This document shows, in pieces, positions 62,660 to 64,000 of a DNA stretch of 64,000 bases; position 1 is the stretch's first letter; every line of letters begins with the position of its first letter. The notes under the pieces were generated by a model. It ran no database searches and was not told the origin of the DNA. It saw only the letters and a list, made by a program, of their open reading frames with translations. Both the position numbers and the translations under genes were made by a program. The stretch is from the human T2T-CHM13v2.0 reference genome, Homo sapiens: the NCBI RefSeq assembly GCF_009914755.1, contig NC_060947.1; one strand, given 5' to 3'.

Positions 62660-63360
62660 GTTAATTATTCACTTATCCACTCAACACCTATTTACTGAGC
62701 CGATGCTTTGTATCAGGCATTGTGTTAGGCACAAGCGCCAGAGGTTAGGTGTGCAAATAGAAACACAATTCATCTTGACACTCACAACCCTCACTTTAGT
62801 ACATCAAGGATATGTGAACAAATATTTATAATAAAACACAGGAAATTCTACAAAAGCGCGTTGAACAAATTGTCTCGGAGAAACTAAAAGGAAGACTAAC
62901 ACTTGTGGGAACTGGGAAAACTTCATAGTGTAATTGCTGCTTGAGTTGAGTCTTGAAAAATGAATGATTTTAAATAGTCAAAGAGGGAGGCAGAAGGAGT
63001 AGTATGAGTGGGTGAAAAGTTGCACCCTTTGGAAAAGTATGTGTTTTTTGTGGATAATAACCTGAAGTTTGGGGTTGTTGGAACATATAATATTGGAGTG
63101 GTGGAGAGGAGCAGAGGTGAGGCTGAAAGGGAGGCAGGGACCAGGTTGGGAAGGGACTTTGGTGCCATGTCAGTGAGATGCAGACCATGGTGAGAAGGCC
63201 AAGGATAATTAAAGAATTTACTTAGAGATATACCATGATTAAATTTACATATTTAAAACTTATTCTAGCATAGAGATTGAATTACATTAGGGCAAGACTG
63301 GAAGCAAGGAAACTTGTCAGAAGGCTGGTTCAGGTAAGAAATAAGTTCAGATAAGAAATA
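62660..63360 (-). mobile_element. L2 3' region
   Basis: ATTCACTTATCCACTCAACACCTATTTACTGAGC...CAGGCATTGTGTTAGGCAC; later GAGGTGAGGCTGAAAGGGAGGCAGGGACCAG. Confidence 0.7.
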
Positions 63361-63371
63361 ATGGTGGCATA

Positions 63372-63680
<309 letters not shown>

Positions 63681-63777
63681 AATGGTGGCAAGGGGATATA
63701 CTTTTATTTCTTATCAAACTGGAGTAATAGGAATTGAATTTACCCATGCATTTTAAACTACCAAAAATTACAAATAA

Positions 63778-64000
63778 AGGGTATCTATAAAAAATCAACA
63801 GGGTTAGATAGAATAAATTAGATCTAGTATTTGATAGCACAACAGGATGACTATAGTCAACAATAATTTACTGTACATTTAAAAATAACTAAAAGTGTAT
63901 AATTGGAATATTTGCAACATAAAGAAAGATAAATACTTGAGGTGATGGATAACCCACTTACCCTGATGTGATTATTATCCACTATATGCCTGTATCAAAA
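63778..64000 (+). mobile_element. L1MA-type 3' end fragment (runs off the window)
   Basis: GTTAGATAGAATAAATTAGATCTAGTATTTGATAGCACAACAGG...GAGGTGATGGATAACC...TGTATCAAAA. Confidence 0.8.

Overview
Mammalian (almost certainly human, X-linked) genomic DNA. The only intact protein-coding sequence is the single coding exon of the lysophosphatidic acid receptor LPAR4 (GPR23/P2Y9; 1682-2794, +), followed by a long AT-rich 3' UTR with candidate poly(A) signals near 5260 and 5507. The remaining ~58 kb is gene-free and repeat-dense: an RPL7 processed pseudogene, a 5'-truncated SVA, several long L1s (roughly 40% of the window by my boundaries; three carry twin-priming inversions), a THE1D-like LTR-int-LTR element, MER9, MER52 and THE1 solo LTRs, five Alus, and many MIR/L2 relics. 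The most interesting unexplained structure is a cryptic array of eight ~190-bp degenerate units in the LPAR4 3' UTR (~3460-4990); most units carry a short foldable stem-loop core followed by an A-rich linker. Other notable items: an L1 insertion with both a 5' inversion and a ~570-bp 3' transduction bounded by a 17-bp TSD; a near-perfect 47-bp-arm palindrome inside an old MIR; two L1 inversions with almost the same breakpoints; and a 71-bp templated local copy inside an old L1. Repeat subfamily names come from remembered consensus motifs and are tentative; boundaries of old repeats are approximate.
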